This document shows, in pieces, positions 29,401-38,185 of a stretch of DNA of 64,000 bases; position 1 is the stretch's first letter; every line of letters begins with the position of its first letter. The DNA comes from a virus (Duplodnaviria > Caudoviricetes). The notes under the pieces were generated by a model. That model made no database searches. It was not told the origin of the DNA and saw nothing but the letters and a program-made list of their open reading frames with translations. The stretch lies in IMG/VR virus record IMGVR_UViG_3300004448_000116, positions 2,188 through 66,187 of that record. One strand, written 5' to 3'. A program made the translations under genes and the position numbers.

Positions 29401-32400
29401 CCTGTTCCAAGATTGCTTGCCGCCGCTTGAATGCCCCAATCCTTGCCAACAGACGATTGGAATAAGTGCCGCAGGGGTGTGACCTTGTGTTTGGAACTGT
29501 GTGCCTTGATGCGTATAGCGTCAGGTGCGACACCCCATTCTCCAAGCGTTTTGCCGTCTGGAGCCAAGTAAGATGTACAGTCAAATGAGGTGGCACTCAC
29601 ATCTTCAGTGTTCGGGTCTTCCATGTTGATGGCATGATTGACCGCCGCCGCAATGACTTCATCGGTGAGGAGCGAAGTGAAATTGATACGAGGACTAAAA
29701 ATTCGTGTGACTGCACTGGAGTAGCCTGAGCCTATGTTTTTAACGCCGTACAGATAATGAATACCAGAGGCACCAGCCTTGGCGTAATGAGAGCGGCTTG
29801 TGTAGTAGTATGTTTCTCCATTGTTTGCTGTGCCAGCAACATCGTTTAATTGGATAAGCCCGCTGTCAGGCAGACCAAGATAGCCCAGAATATCTGTGTG
29901 CGCCAAGTTGCTACCAGTGCCGTAAGGAGCGGCTAAAACAATTTTGAAATTGTCATTTGAGCCGTCCTTTTGGAAGGTAGCAGATATGCCCACAGCAGGT
30001 GAATTGTAAGTGTTCCAAAGATTGCCACGGAAGGATTGCTTTGTACCACCAGTGTACTGTCCGCAGACATCACCTTTGCCACTGATGTGCTTTCCTATGG
30101 TGAAGCCACCCTGCCCGACATCACGGTCATCAAAGTGAATAATGACTTCGTTGTCCAATGTAGGCGGCAAACGAGTCAAAGAATTGCCCAGTGCCTCGCC
30201 GTATTGCTTGTACGCCATTCTGATGGTGTGGCTATCTCCACGGTGGTCAACCATGCGGATGCCGTACAGTTGTCCTGTACCCATCTTGTCAGGCCGAATG
30301 TCATCGTCAGGTATGTAGCCACCACCACTCTGGTTGACAAGGCCGTGTTGCTTGGTACCAGCGGCTAAATCTTTGTCGCCGTAAATGTAATCGTAGCGAG
30401 TGGAAACGCCATCTCTTCCCATTCCCCACTTACCAGCATCGGGTGCCCAGCCCGGAATGCCTGCTTGTGTTAATCCACCAAAGTTGATTCGGGCCTTTGC
30501 TTGTGTTCCCACCCGCAGACCCTCAACGAGAACCTTTCCGTCTGATTTAGGCTCAAAACTGGCATTGAGAATAGTGTTGCTACTGCGACCAGTAGCGTGC
30601 TCATCTGTCGAGTGAGCGTTAATCGCACCCGAGCCGTGTACTTCTGGACCAAAGTCGAGTGTGTTTTGGTAGTCTGCATCGACTTCCTCCATTGGAATGT
30701 ACTCTCGGAGCGTAGTGATTGGGGCAAACGGACGACCAAACTTGGTGATTGGCATTGGTGCAGGATGCATGTTTTCACCATCCATCTCATCTGGCTGGCA
30801 CCAGTAGTTGCGAAAACGCCCTCCGTGACCGATGAGGTACTCTGGTCTGTACGGAGCCTGTCCATTTGAGTTATCCATCCAAGCACAGAAGTTGCGACCA
30901 GATGCACCGGGCACAGTCGAGTGAACTATAATCGAGTAGCCCTTCTTGCCTTCTGCGTTATTGACGACTCTGCCAAGGTGAGCACGCATGTACCCCATGT
31001 GTGTACCTCGGTCATGACTGCCGAAAGCCGTATCAGAATTCCAGAAAGGAGCAGGGTCGTGTGTTGAACCAGTAGCGGCAAAGTCTGCTTTCTGATGAGG
31101 GGCAGTAGGGTCTTTGCGAGGATTGGTACTGGTCGCTGAATGACCTTTCCCTAAATCAAACCTATCGGCCTCGCCCAAAAATTGGTCAGCCGGTCGACGA
31201 GCATGAGTTCGTCCTGTTTTTGCCCCAGCCTGATTGATGCGGCGGACAACCTCTCTTGCGGCCGCCTCGATGTCAGTGATACCTTGGCGGACTCCTATTT
31301 CTCCAAAGTCAAGAGTGAGCCTACGGACGAAATCCATTTGGTTCCAATGTGGCAAATGTTGCAGGCGGCTTTCTTCGTGCCCAGACAAATCAAGTGTTGA
31401 AGACCTAATGCCTTTCATGGATAGGAATGCAGGGACTGCTCTCGTACCGTCAGGTGTATCGAATAATGTGGCTGTTTCAGATGTCGAAGAGTCTATTTGG
31501 TTATGTATGTTCTCTGGGTTTCCATACTCTGTGACATCGTCATTTGTTCTTCGCATAGTTGCAGTGACATCGGGTATATGATTATGATAACCTGTTGCAT
31601 GTGTGGCAATCGTCACATTGAGTTGCCCTGAATTGTTGTGCGCCATAGCCGCTTCCATGAATTCAGACTTAGCAGTTGAGGCCGTTCCTTTGTGTTGACT
31701 TGGAAAACCGTTAGCCACATCGACAGGTGTTTTGACCTTGGCTGTCGCAGGGCTACTTTGAACTTGCATCCAAAGGTCTTGGAAAGCAATGAACTCTCGG
31801 TCATGAGCGACATCGTAAAGCAACACACGAGCATAGTCTTCTGTGCACTGATACGGGTCCAAATAGGCCACAGTAGGAGCCAGTGTAGCACTAAGCCCCA
31901 GTGCTTCGTAGTTTAACTCAATCGTCTTGTTGATGTGTTGTACAAAGTTGCGGCTCGTTTCCAAGCAGGAATTACCAATCAAGAAATTCTCCATCGGTAT
32001 GCTTTCACGAGGTGTGGTTGCAAAATCACTTGCTCCTCCGAGGAAACCTGTCCATACTTGCCCTTCGTTGAGCGTGCCTCTGCTCTTACAGAACAGCCCC
32101 TCCACTGAATGTGGATTGGTGTATTGCATGTTCATCCAGACGGTATCTCCGTCCCTGAGCCCACCGGGGCAGAATGGATTAGCCCATTTGGTGTTGAGTA
32201 GTTGTGTGTTCAAAGTAGCAGGAAGCGTTGAGCCAGTTGCATGGAAATCAACAAGAGTGATTTCTGTACCTGCACTTGGGTTAAAGCCACTATCAATAGT
32301 AATCAAAGAAAGCACATTGCCCGTGCGTGTTTTGTAGTGTGCATGCTTGTAGGCACTTGCAGTGCTATCATAGTACCGAACTCGATACGCATGTGTACTG

Positions 32401-35400
32401 TGAGAAGTGGTCGCTGGCCATGTTTCAGATGATTCAAGCGTAAGATTCGGACTGCTGAAAGCCTCAACGATGGCACGGGCTCTTTTGTTTTGTACATGAG
32501 GTAGGTGCGGATTCGTGCTGGGACCAGAGCGGAATTCAACGGCAGAAACATATTGTTTCAATCCGTAGTCTATGTTGCCACCCTGTGTCATTACATTTGC
32601 TCGGTCGTAATAGAACTCGGAACGCTGTTCAAATCCTGCACTTGACAGCAACGGATTGTCAGCAATCGATGTGTAATTCATGTTTTGAATTCCCTGAGCA
32701 GGGGAAATTCGACTACCGACTTGGTAATCCCGAAGGAAGTTGGAAGAGAACGCCCATGCATCATCCGCCGCCGCATTTCCTGCAACGGTCAGATAGTTGT
32801 TGGTTGTATCGATGGCACTGTAAATCACCCACTCGCCATTCTTTGTAAATGCTGAACGGAATCTGAGTGCGCCTCCTATGCCTCCTATGACAACAGGAGC
32901 GGCCGAGGGTATTGGGAAAAGGCTCGCATCTTTCACATAGATGCGTCTGTTAGAACTGTCATACTCAGCACTGATGGTTGTACCACGCTTGTGTGTCTTT
33001 TGAGATACAGGATGTGAGAATGCACTGTGAACTTGTGGGTCTTCTGGTGCCACGCTCTTTGGTCTTCGACCAACAGGGTTGGGTGCCCATGTAGGTGCAG
33101 TGTAGGTCGCATCAAGATGCAACTTCATACTGTTGTCAGGACCGGGGAACACACCTGCGACAGGGTCATCAAAGAAAAATTCTTCAAAGAGCGGGAACTC
33201 AATCATAGCCCGTGTGCTGGCATATTGAGTACCCAACTGATAATCGTGCTGTACTGTGTCCAATGTTTGGAAAAGTCTGTCGTTGATGGTTGTGCCGTCA
33301 GGAGCAATGGACTCTGCGTTGAACTTGTCATCCACTTGCAAATAACCGCCGATTGCGATTGCTGTCCCTGTCTTCCAATCTGCAAACGAGGCGGCTTCTG
33401 TACCATCGAAGAGGACGAATTTGCCTGAGCCCAAATGTGTAGTACCAGAAGCAAATGTGAATACACTCCCTGTCTTTGAAGTGTATTCTGCGGAGGCAAA
33501 CAACTGATTGTCTGCCCCTTCAATTCCGGGCTTTTGCAGGAAGATTTTTCCTACCTTTGGAAAGCAATAAGTTCCCCATGATGCGAGGTCAGTGGCATTA
33601 TTATTGAGCGGTACGACTGTAATGGTGGTGCTACCAAGTGCACTCACCTTCGTAGTACAGTCCCTACGAGTCGACCAGCCAAGTCGTGCCGTTGGACTTG
33701 GGTCCCAAGTCGGCTTGGTGTTGACCGCTCCTTGTCCTACTCCACCCATAGTCATCGTGACTACTGGGCTACCGGGCATAATTTCCTTGACAATATGTGA
33801 ATCGGGAGCACCGTCGCCCTTGACATTGACAGAATTGGACAATGCATCTGCGACCAGACCGTGTGCTCGCATAACCGTGTCATTCTGAGCGTTGCTATCA
33901 AAATCAACGACTTTACCACGACCAACAACATACTGAACGATGACGGTGTTGGGCTCTGAGTCGTCTTTGTTTGTCAGCATCTTTGTCAGTTGACTAAACC
34001 TACGGCGGTCAGAGGGCTGTACAACAACACGAGTCCGGCCGCTCTTTGTGCGATGGCCTATGATGTCAAACACTTCATTGACAGCGGTGCTTTGATTTGT
34101 TGAACTGACGGTCTGCATCAGCGGTTGATGGAACAACTCTTCATTATCGGCTACTGTTCCAGCAATACCTGCGCTTATACCAATGGCTGTGGAAGATAGG
34201 CTCGTAATTGCACCAAGCAACAGGCCCTTTTGAGTGTACACATTGAGTCCTACTCCGAATTTGGTAGTGGCGTCAACACCATCGACTGTGATTGAAGTAG
34301 CAGTTGCCGAATAGCCTCCGCCATTGTTGACAAGTACACCCGTACGAGGACGGACTTCTTTCTTGAACTCCGCTTGAAAGTTCCCAGATGCTTCTAAATT
34401 GGGTGTGATTTGTTCGTTAATCGATGCTGAGATTACCAATTTATGGAAAAATGATTTGTGGACAGTGTTATCGTAAAGCGCAGATGCAATCACCTGCGGT
34501 GCTTTCTGTACAGAGTCAGTTGAATGTAGCGGAAGATAGTTGTCAGGGGTCAGAGAAACATCCAGTTGTGTTTCTGCAATAGTACCTTCCGAATCATCGC
34601 CTACAAGCCCGCCGTCCTCAATGTAAAAGGACGAGTCAGAATCAAATTCCAGCACACCACCCGGTGCATAGAGAACTGCTGTTCCAGCAGATATGTCTGA
34701 ATGGATGAGGTCAACCATCTTAACGCCAGATGCCAATTGCGTGTTGCCACTTGGAATTGTTTTTTCAATCAAAAGAGCACTGCCACGCAACGACACATTA
34801 ACAATTGCACCCGTGACTGCGGCAGTTTGGAATGCTGATGTAGGTGCAGAGGAGAATGTCAGCGTTTTTGCACTGTGGTCGAGCGTAGCCGTAATGGAAG
34901 AAGCACCTGCTACCTCTCCTGCTATGCTGATGTAGTCGGCACGGATAGTAGTGCCTGTTTTACCAAATGCCTCTGTGCTTTGGAATTTAATTACGCTGGA
35001 AGAATAATTGTGGGTCAGCCGTCCTGTGGCGGCATGTTTCATACCCGTACCTGCAAAGTCGATTGCGTTGTAATGCACCTGTACGAATGGAGCGTAATCG
35101 TATGTTGAAAGACTGGGTACCTTGAGAATCGCTACTCTTGACTCAGTGGATGGAGTCATGTGACGAGTGTGTGCATCACCCGTAGGAGAAGTATCGCCCA
35201 TGTTTCTCAAAGCAAATGACTCTGCGTCAAAGCCATCGCCACCTATGGCAAGAAGGGCTCGTTGAGTATCATCGACACCAGCCATTCCGTTTTCAACAGC
35301 CTGAGTTGGAACAGACGAAAAGGCCAATCCTGAAACATCGTATGGTCCAAACAAGTCATTGAAGACAACAGGACTACCGGGTGGGACACAATCTGACAAA

Positions 35401-36929
35401 TCAGAATACTGTGCGGCAAAAGACGCCTCCATTATCTGTGCAACAGCGTCGATGCTCTGCTCGACATAAGCCGCTTTAGGCGTTGGCATTGTGCCCATGA
35501 ACGGATGGCCGGGGATGTGATTGAGTGTGTGTCGACCTGTGTGGCCTATGAGGAAATTGTCAGCCATACGAGTGGTTGCAGAGAACTTTGAATAGCCGTT
35601 ATCTGTTGTTGCCATAGTCAAAGCAAACAGCAACCCGTGATTTTCAAAGTCACTTTCGTCGATGAGAACTTGTCCTTGGCGATGAGAGAACTGGGTACCT
35701 GTACCAGCAATCTGATACGGCTCTCCTGTACCCCCGTCGACCAAGCAATCGCCCGTGACAATGACTCCGATGCCTGCACCGTGTGCCATAAGCAAACCTC
35801 TTCGACCTGTACTGGCGTTGCTTGCATAATCCAAGTGAATACTTTCGACGGTCATTGTACCAGCAGACGCATCCACTGCTGTGATTCTCACACGCTCAGG
35901 TGCTTCTCGGTTGGGAATGCCTGTGCTTTGGCTGTACCCAAGTGGATTGATAAGCAGATTGAATGGTACATGTGGTACACTGACAGTTGTCGATGACCCG
36001 CTGGTAAAGCGTTTAACGCTATAAGAGCCGTTTGATTGAGGGGAGGTGGTTAGGTCCACCGAAGTCAGACCGCTTTGTCCGGTGAACTCGTCGACCAAGG
36101 TCTGTGCCAATGTGGTACCGATTGAAATGGATGATGATGCTCCTGTCGAAGCCGATAGAGAAGGTAGCGTAATACTGGTAGCAATGGGTTCAACAGGTTC
36201 TTCAAATCGCCAAAGACCGAGTGTTGAGTCGCTCTTGGCAGGCAAAGACAAATCGTGCCCAGCGTCGGATGCTCCTCTGCTCCAGTGCACTGCCTCAATA
36301 GTGCCACGATATTCCCCTCCTGTACCACCAATGCTGAGTTGTGTAGGATGGAGGGACAGTTCGTGTTCTTCGTCAAGCGTTTTCGATGCGATGACATCTC
36401 CGTTGATGTGGAGCGAAAGTATTGTGCGGTCAAAAGTCAATGTCACTTGAAGCAGTTCTCGGTGTCCGAGATTAAGCCCAGTCAGGTCATTCTTGCTGTC
36501 GTCCTGTGCGTTGAATGTATCGTGTACATCAAGGCCAGCGCGAGGGAAGGTGACGCCGTCCCAGTATGCTACATTTCCATCCAAACCAGAAACGGCTTGT
36601 GCACTGCTCAATGTGAATGTGTTTTCAGCATCGTTGGCTATGTTGCGCAACTTGATTTGGGCGTGTGCAGGTCCGGGGCTCGATGGGCTTCCTACGATGA
36701 TGCGGCAGACATTTTCCTGTTCCCAGACTATGCCCCCGGAATCTGGAATAATCCAAGCCTCGATAGTGAAGGCAGACAACGCAGTTGGTGTTTTCTGATG
36801 CGTCAGGTCACTACCTGTGTGTAGTTCTCCAAAGTTGTTCTTAAATGTCATTTGGGGAACAATGACACCATCGGTGATACCATTGAAGAAAAGGGCGTGA
36901 CTTGGTTCGATTGATACGGTCATACTCAC
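20493..36929 (-). CDS. Giant 5478-aa virion adhesin/tail-tip protein (N-terminal LamG/ConA-like domain, internal beta-propeller)
   Basis: Uninterrupted 16.4-kb ORF; 'ALFFNG..FTIEAWI..HING..IGG..YRGTI' LamG pattern; propeller repeats near 22.6-23.5 kb. Confidence 0.8.
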   Translation of the reverse strand: MSMTVSIEPSHALFFNGITDGVIVPQMTFKNNFGELHTGSDLTHQKTPTALSAFTIEAWIIPDSGGIVWEQENVCRIIVGSPSSPGPAHAQIKLRNIANDAENTFTLSSAQAVSGLDGNVAYWDGVTFPRAGLDVHDTFNAQDDSKNDLTGLNLGHRELLQVTLTFDRTILSLHINGDVIASKTLDEEHELSLHPTQLSIGGTGGEYRGTIEAVHWSRGASDAGHDLSLPAKSDSTLGLWRFEEPVEPIATSITLPSLSASTGASSSISIGTTLAQTLVDEFTGQSGLTSVDLTTSPQSNGSYSVKRFTSGSSTTVSVPHVPFNLLINPLGYSQSTGIPNREAPERVRITAVDASAGTMTVESIHLDYASNASTGRRGLLMAHGAGIGVIVTGDCLVDGGTGEPYQIAGTGTQFSHRQGQVLIDESDFENHGLLFALTMATTDNGYSKFSATTRMADNFLIGHTGRHTLNHIPGHPFMGTMPTPKAAYVEQSIDAVAQIMEASFAAQYSDLSDCVPPGSPVVFNDLFGPYDVSGLAFSSVPTQAVENGMAGVDDTQRALLAIGGDGFDAESFALRNMGDTSPTGDAHTRHMTPSTESRVAILKVPSLSTYDYAPFVQVHYNAIDFAGTGMKHAATGRLTHNYSSSVIKFQSTEAFGKTGTTIRADYISIAGEVAGASSITATLDHSAKTLTFSSAPTSAFQTAAVTGAIVNVSLRGSALLIEKTIPSGNTQLASGVKMVDLIHSDISAGTAVLYAPGGVLEFDSDSSFYIEDGGLVGDDSEGTIAETQLDVSLTPDNYLPLHSTDSVQKAPQVIASALYDNTVHKSFFHKLVISASINEQITPNLEASGNFQAEFKKEVRPRTGVLVNNGGGYSATATSITVDGVDATTKFGVGLNVYTQKGLLLGAITSLSSTAIGISAGIAGTVADNEELFHQPLMQTVSSTNQSTAVNEVFDIIGHRTKSGRTRVVVQPSDRRRFSQLTKMLTNKDDSEPNTVIVQYVVGRGKVVDFDSNAQNDTVMRAHGLVADALSNSVNVKGDGAPDSHIVKEIMPGSPVVTMTMGGVGQGAVNTKPTWDPSPTARLGWSTRRDCTTKVSALGSTTITVVPLNNNATDLASWGTYCFPKVGKIFLQKPGIEGADNQLFASAEYTSKTGSVFTFASGTTHLGSGKFVLFDGTEAASFADWKTGTAIAIGGYLQVDDKFNAESIAPDGTTINDRLFQTLDTVQHDYQLGTQYASTRAMIEFPLFEEFFFDDPVAGVFPGPDNSMKLHLDATYTAPTWAPNPVGRRPKSVAPEDPQVHSAFSHPVSQKTHKRGTTISAEYDSSNRRIYVKDASLFPIPSAAPVVIGGIGGALRFRSAFTKNGEWVIYSAIDTTNNYLTVAGNAAADDAWAFSSNFLRDYQVGSRISPAQGIQNMNYTSIADNPLLSSAGFEQRSEFYYDRANVMTQGGNIDYGLKQYVSAVEFRSGPSTNPHLPHVQNKRARAIVEAFSSPNLTLESSETWPATTSHSTHAYRVRYYDSTASAYKHAHYKTRTGNVLSLITIDSGFNPSAGTEITLVDFHATGSTLPATLNTQLLNTKWANPFCPGGLRDGDTVWMNMQYTNPHSVEGLFCKSRGTLNEGQVWTGFLGGASDFATTPRESIPMENFLIGNSCLETSRNFVQHINKTIELNYEALGLSATLAPTVAYLDPYQCTEDYARVLLYDVAHDREFIAFQDLWMQVQSSPATAKVKTPVDVANGFPSQHKGTASTAKSEFMEAAMAHNNSGQLNVTIATHATGYHNHIPDVTATMRRTNDDVTEYGNPENIHNQIDSSTSETATLFDTPDGTRAVPAFLSMKGIRSSTLDLSGHEESRLQHLPHWNQMDFVRRLTLDFGEIGVRQGITDIEAAAREVVRRINQAGAKTGRTHARRPADQFLGEADRFDLGKGHSATSTNPRKDPTAPHQKADFAATGSTHDPAPFWNSDTAFGSHDRGTHMGYMRAHLGRVVNNAEGKKGYSIIVHSTVPGASGRNFCAWMDNSNGQAPYRPEYLIGHGGRFRNYWCQPDEMDGENMHPAPMPITKFGRPFAPITTLREYIPMEEVDADYQNTLDFGPEVHGSGAINAHSTDEHATGRSSNTILNASFEPKSDGKVLVEGLRVGTQAKARINFGGLTQAGIPGWAPDAGKWGMGRDGVSTRYDYIYGDKDLAAGTKQHGLVNQSGGGYIPDDDIRPDKMGTGQLYGIRMVDHRGDSHTIRMAYKQYGEALGNSLTRLPPTLDNEVIIHFDDRDVGQGGFTIGKHISGKGDVCGQYTGGTKQSFRGNLWNTYNSPAVGISATFQKDGSNDNFKIVLAAPYGTGSNLAHTDILGYLGLPDSGLIQLNDVAGTANNGETYYYTSRSHYAKAGASGIHYLYGVKNIGSGYSSAVTRIFSPRINFTSLLTDEVIAAAVNHAINMEDPNTEDVSATSFDCTSYLAPDGKTLGEWGVAPDAIRIKAHSSKHKVTPLRHLFQSSVGKDWGIQAAASNLGTGTNHLGGLTGAEIAAGVRLDVGYIPATVLHITTKYRGPNANTATPVLVDSLNDSVNVKQWRDNLRGDTYIRLPGDRITPCVNTVMVNIGSKDTSTTPDHLVLPSNEYLYLAMTPASNDANAWSEEVVFWRGDTDWARAVSKAGAAENKLDLLNHSADFVSNVAAGDVIVNHGNLLKFHDCDGIRTTGSHHGEPFLYFRGGRSSVDRWVPLYFGGGFSGVTLDINDGTQNDYEEFYTHPYSSGPTGSAGMQNVGEAAGSYALIDTNAMLAMFPGTPYLNQHNGQHYPPFFNKDAMLSPDLDGGNNTNASSTGVTYAGGGKTVNCNRPSPIVLRFSHPHARYSATSAAGDATTYLVFGPGQAVPHNFQSYEPQLSDIITTGNGYSAVPSAHPAGESFLPNLISHGGSTLYGFSANLPPTKEYQASNISGYNWILNWEPTKGMPNSRFYGQAAGKGRYYDSHFGPSSPVAYAHPFDDVFKNYAGTFIGAIANTKASNSLWHMDGGYHPGGHFLDNHIIRNVKNPSSTNRLATGSGDTRNPSVFRVSSAIAKAYSHADASGNFFIIDATRCQNAEELATVLAAGINTFAGADPLKAIGGTFLPTMQHAGKQDRYGWVALDAVADGYTAEDGAVATLQATATLPTTLPTYGWLRVSNGTKSAFAPYVSYSGSTFTLGKNGITNSTNLVDPTTKAAIAAAQVNGDNGPVKIYVWTKAGTHQYNNTTQSREHMTQVHFNGFMDAVDRTKPIGAVGWAGEAYSYLNSYNGTSIGGTKFPAGLGAWHPFLGFAPYGSAETCLASSPPVGITDTPSSLVSDFCVHGLSSRHLVAVSHESELPLIAKTDRDGIIASGDWLSVKADGNILRAGTQAWNTSRVHNKSRYNAPATAGPHVEANIRASTDFTAYPDVDTVAYPNARVTSASHVSRADPCQSPTGDLFWDKSIMPTNQLHTLAETLVQECVGIASRTEYHGTSAGLYKYYDTKSAARNFTEEHIVWKRMDGGNLTMPASNARGLGMIPWTVRKDGGSYKTVGEKILGNCRFSFESTNSAMFPIIQAQELSHPQLAQKHINEKENALIIPNEHLQFESMQVVDDTGQEHRLEGGSPLGTVIMDFRHVSDRDIEGLAPAIAGSGVSPNMKIRLPNADEIPGNIIVRPGFDRIQAYQNETMGSGGLMHPAQAQPSITDTFKETYDGPRLWPTWENNGWEHLSQDGTDLSDDRLAFPASSSKGWESHTDNAPLNTAYEPHDRSLQFHVTRVGVTMTHRYDVDELTYSGYSGAEITVGSTPESDTWLDNSEPSGGRWFLRVYDPATNKGVLASYTGKGTNKFTGVVYSPDFVSFVTGKTGLKVVPSYFMPAGSTRFFASRRLRDHSEYSGASPDMKTIDWSAVNGTPSTALAAPKMTPMPIPRMGHHYVTPTMALMPGHYAHPAYQRLYNLGQANQITTSSTFEDDMSSQYSGADLLERLNRRDPLVWFSGASAPHGPSDIHGGAFTLLTETKVKFDGYGIAASKGSAGTTNSQGGHSIVLEAAGSYTLNNHFPDPMEVGAYQIIIQPNVFKQQLSGYHSNHSDAVKAPSESGSKVTELTGQQVNTVVAIAHDDGSNTNGAYTLILAEAIMADVRGCEIMLNEIMLDIEPDASSQFTNLPPLANYNALGVEETTSPAFSRRTLPYHPNMFIQTTPGFTLTVPWWAQLHKDGATASAATYFRHLEWHTPDHYYQMNRATFGAVGAQITLAGYPTCYPDIYAEHYRVRSLNPNAKVTASSAGGSTVNVDNAELFPVKAYYGEVLEYTDANGERQTATYANRTGTLAHATLGTPTQFQGVTEVTPLFFDNLTNGTIIRLSGPYDNRKADEIFTNSLVSMTTRVMPQTMNGTRDTNSLHLADAYLCMWHPNLGRPFTYYSDDNSRGFYDKNGATDTPVLKKGLNNVPEHFETIHYNDFFYAASKGPFVFGMNWIRPPAPVTDSYSLQKISDSVGTTANRRGINFQMIANTTTWMTGIRVAGDDIIVSNRGHNNDYDTDNILFSKIDIANTNGTYDQQSSGIGDSVMSSCDGFDLDPTGTKMLIAGFHDTDGVRSATLSSAFDLTTISLTGSLKASGGNGVRAVSWNNDGSKYYMAYASTLRQFTAASAYVVASGDSEGTSSSIASTISDILFNADGSKMWLSFAEGYVREYTLSTPFATNTASLDVTVDLRTYFLNKSASVSQTNSDATPWISGIDWSDDGTKLYVSTLWGVIDDSKMANNPSPSTVNGVDGGSTTNRFPIMEISISTTSIVGGTGASSTAAEIDSNENLSHQGGTIGSEKYNFAGYWPGGSRGGAGSSRLDGFLETLIGWGGKLFGVDCVSFHDNTGLEERTYAQMTTASDNARNTCFGYRFGLRQPYNRPRWSPYVRGYLEVANANALLGYYHGPFIQQDNKDDGWVTDSDYPATYTGVLERLTQISALLNQDQLGRQVRYSDGRRMTRPFGCPVRTIRNSTSVRRMYAGDRAGLDIAEIAQAHRYYMVDWWGNTRGEDVRRFPVRGFGISPAWDPEDAYEDGGSGNRPEANGLFATSTDRQSGNSNTANNDVAAMAIVDWFNPTNAMRVGDRGDGRGVRWPTHFNESLLMDISETVEPTGLVLSQPTAEPTVGKGLVRPRNDVLQAGETDRGISARLDLADDDGLLKPTAMVNETTESITTDTMLAEPVGGDGVRIGLDVDTLGELNDGVSREYVVMSTEAHSLHSNRDVGQRTTLRGAMNVGNRTLGHLDLTALDWTGQPVKGVIKVSDAHSFWALGGTYVMNWKRRVGALDVTGWGEAGATSSSNPYQDSNHTSVTENINHADSEIEFLVRPAFVLDNSHVQLFRSNMAVKSGAPQAGGTFYAATAGGKYGIYTSDAASARTGTPSSPPYAPVYSVNPANSAAVSQGPKILGVDVSGYNKTDITQPVARITMSENTLEHFRSDAARKEDYSVEPRHSQTLHPKGSKGDTSFNSGDHSTE

Positions 36930-38176
36930 ACCCCTATGACATGGTCAGCACTCATCAGTTGTAAATCATATCGGTAGGTACCATCGGCTCCTTCCTTCTT
37001 GATGTGTAATTTGGTAGGTACAACCGACAGACCGCCTTGATTGCCGACTGCGCTTTTACCTGCAAGTGTAGCCCATGCCTCTCCAAAATAGTCCCTCAGC
37101 CCGTCGACAAGATTTTCAAGCAGACCTGTTGAACGGCCATCTTCATTCTCACCGACTGTGTTTGAAACCCGCATAGGCAAGGTAGCAGGTCGAGAGTTAT
37201 TACGAGAATCCTTTTCAGCAGGCGTCAATTTACCATAGGTCAAGAACAGATTTCGCACAACAGGAGTGATGTCGTTCGACTGTACGAGTGAGTGGTAGGG
37301 GATTTGTATTCCTCGTAGCAGGTCAGACTCTTTACGAGAATTGGAAATTAGGCCCAATAGGTCTTGTGCCTTGTCGCCTGCGCTCTTACCAAAAGAGTAG
37401 CGAGAAGGCAAACCAGTTGACAAAATTGATGGAGAAAAATCATTGTTAAAATCAGGGTCACGAGGAGTCCATTGTCTATCTTCATATTGGAACTTGTCTT
37501 CTATGCGTACGATTTGTTGGCCGTTGGCATGCTGTGATGTCGTCACAGTGAACGCATCTGCGACACGCCTTGCGCCCGGAACACCAAAGTGTCCAGTCGC
37601 TGTGATATTGGTTGTCAGTGCAAGTGCGTCTTTGATGATGAGGGCCAGTGTTGAGGCAGGGTTGCCATTTGTAGCACCTGCCTCCACATTCCCAATGGGT
37701 ACATCAATATGCACATCACCCGTTTCAGCCCACTGCTTTGTTCCAACAACAGTAGGTACACCCGAGCCTCCGGCCCTGTTTGAAATAGTGGTGTTGAAAT
37801 CAAGAACAATGTACGCAGGTCGACCAGAAGGACTACCGTCCCTGTCCCACCAATACGCAGGATGAAAGCGAATTGATTTGCCTGCTAACACTGCTGTCAC
37901 CGCAATAGTCGATGTTTGTGAAACCCAATTGCTGGTTATGATTTCTGTGGATGCAAGACGAGGCGACTGTACAACTCCAGCATCATCGTCGTCTTCCAAA
38001 AGCCCAGAGATGTTCATTGTGACCTGTGGTAGGTTTGTGTCGACACCTACTCGCTGTGATGAAATCGGTAGTGGGAAAACAGTGACCCCACGAGAAACTG
38101 CGACCGCTATGTCTGTCGCACTCGTATTGATTGTGAAGTTATTCCCCTCACCAAAAACAAATCGAACAGGAATCAT
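36926..38176 (-). CDS. Putative distal tail protein (paralog 2)
   Basis: Synteny; shares KSAGDKxQD and QIPY with 38186-39847. Confidence 0.6.
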   Translation of the reverse strand: MIPVRFVFGEGNNFTINTSATDIAVAVSRGVTVFPLPISSQRVGVDTNLPQVTMNISGLLEDDDDAGVVQSPRLASTEIITSNWVSQTSTIAVTAVLAGKSIRFHPAYWWDRDGSPSGRPAYIVLDFNTTISNRAGGSGVPTVVGTKQWAETGDVHIDVPIGNVEAGATNGNPASTLALIIKDALALTTNITATGHFGVPGARRVADAFTVTTSQHANGQQIVRIEDKFQYEDRQWTPRDPDFNNDFSPSILSTGLPSRYSFGKSAGDKAQDLLGLISNSRKESDLLRGIQIPYHSLVQSNDITPVVRNLFLTYGKLTPAEKDSRNNSRPATLPMRVSNTVGENEDGRSTGLLENLVDGLRDYFGEAWATLAGKSAVGNQGGLSVVPTKLHIKKEGADGTYRYDLQLMSADHVIGV

Positions 38177-38185
38177 AGCATCACC

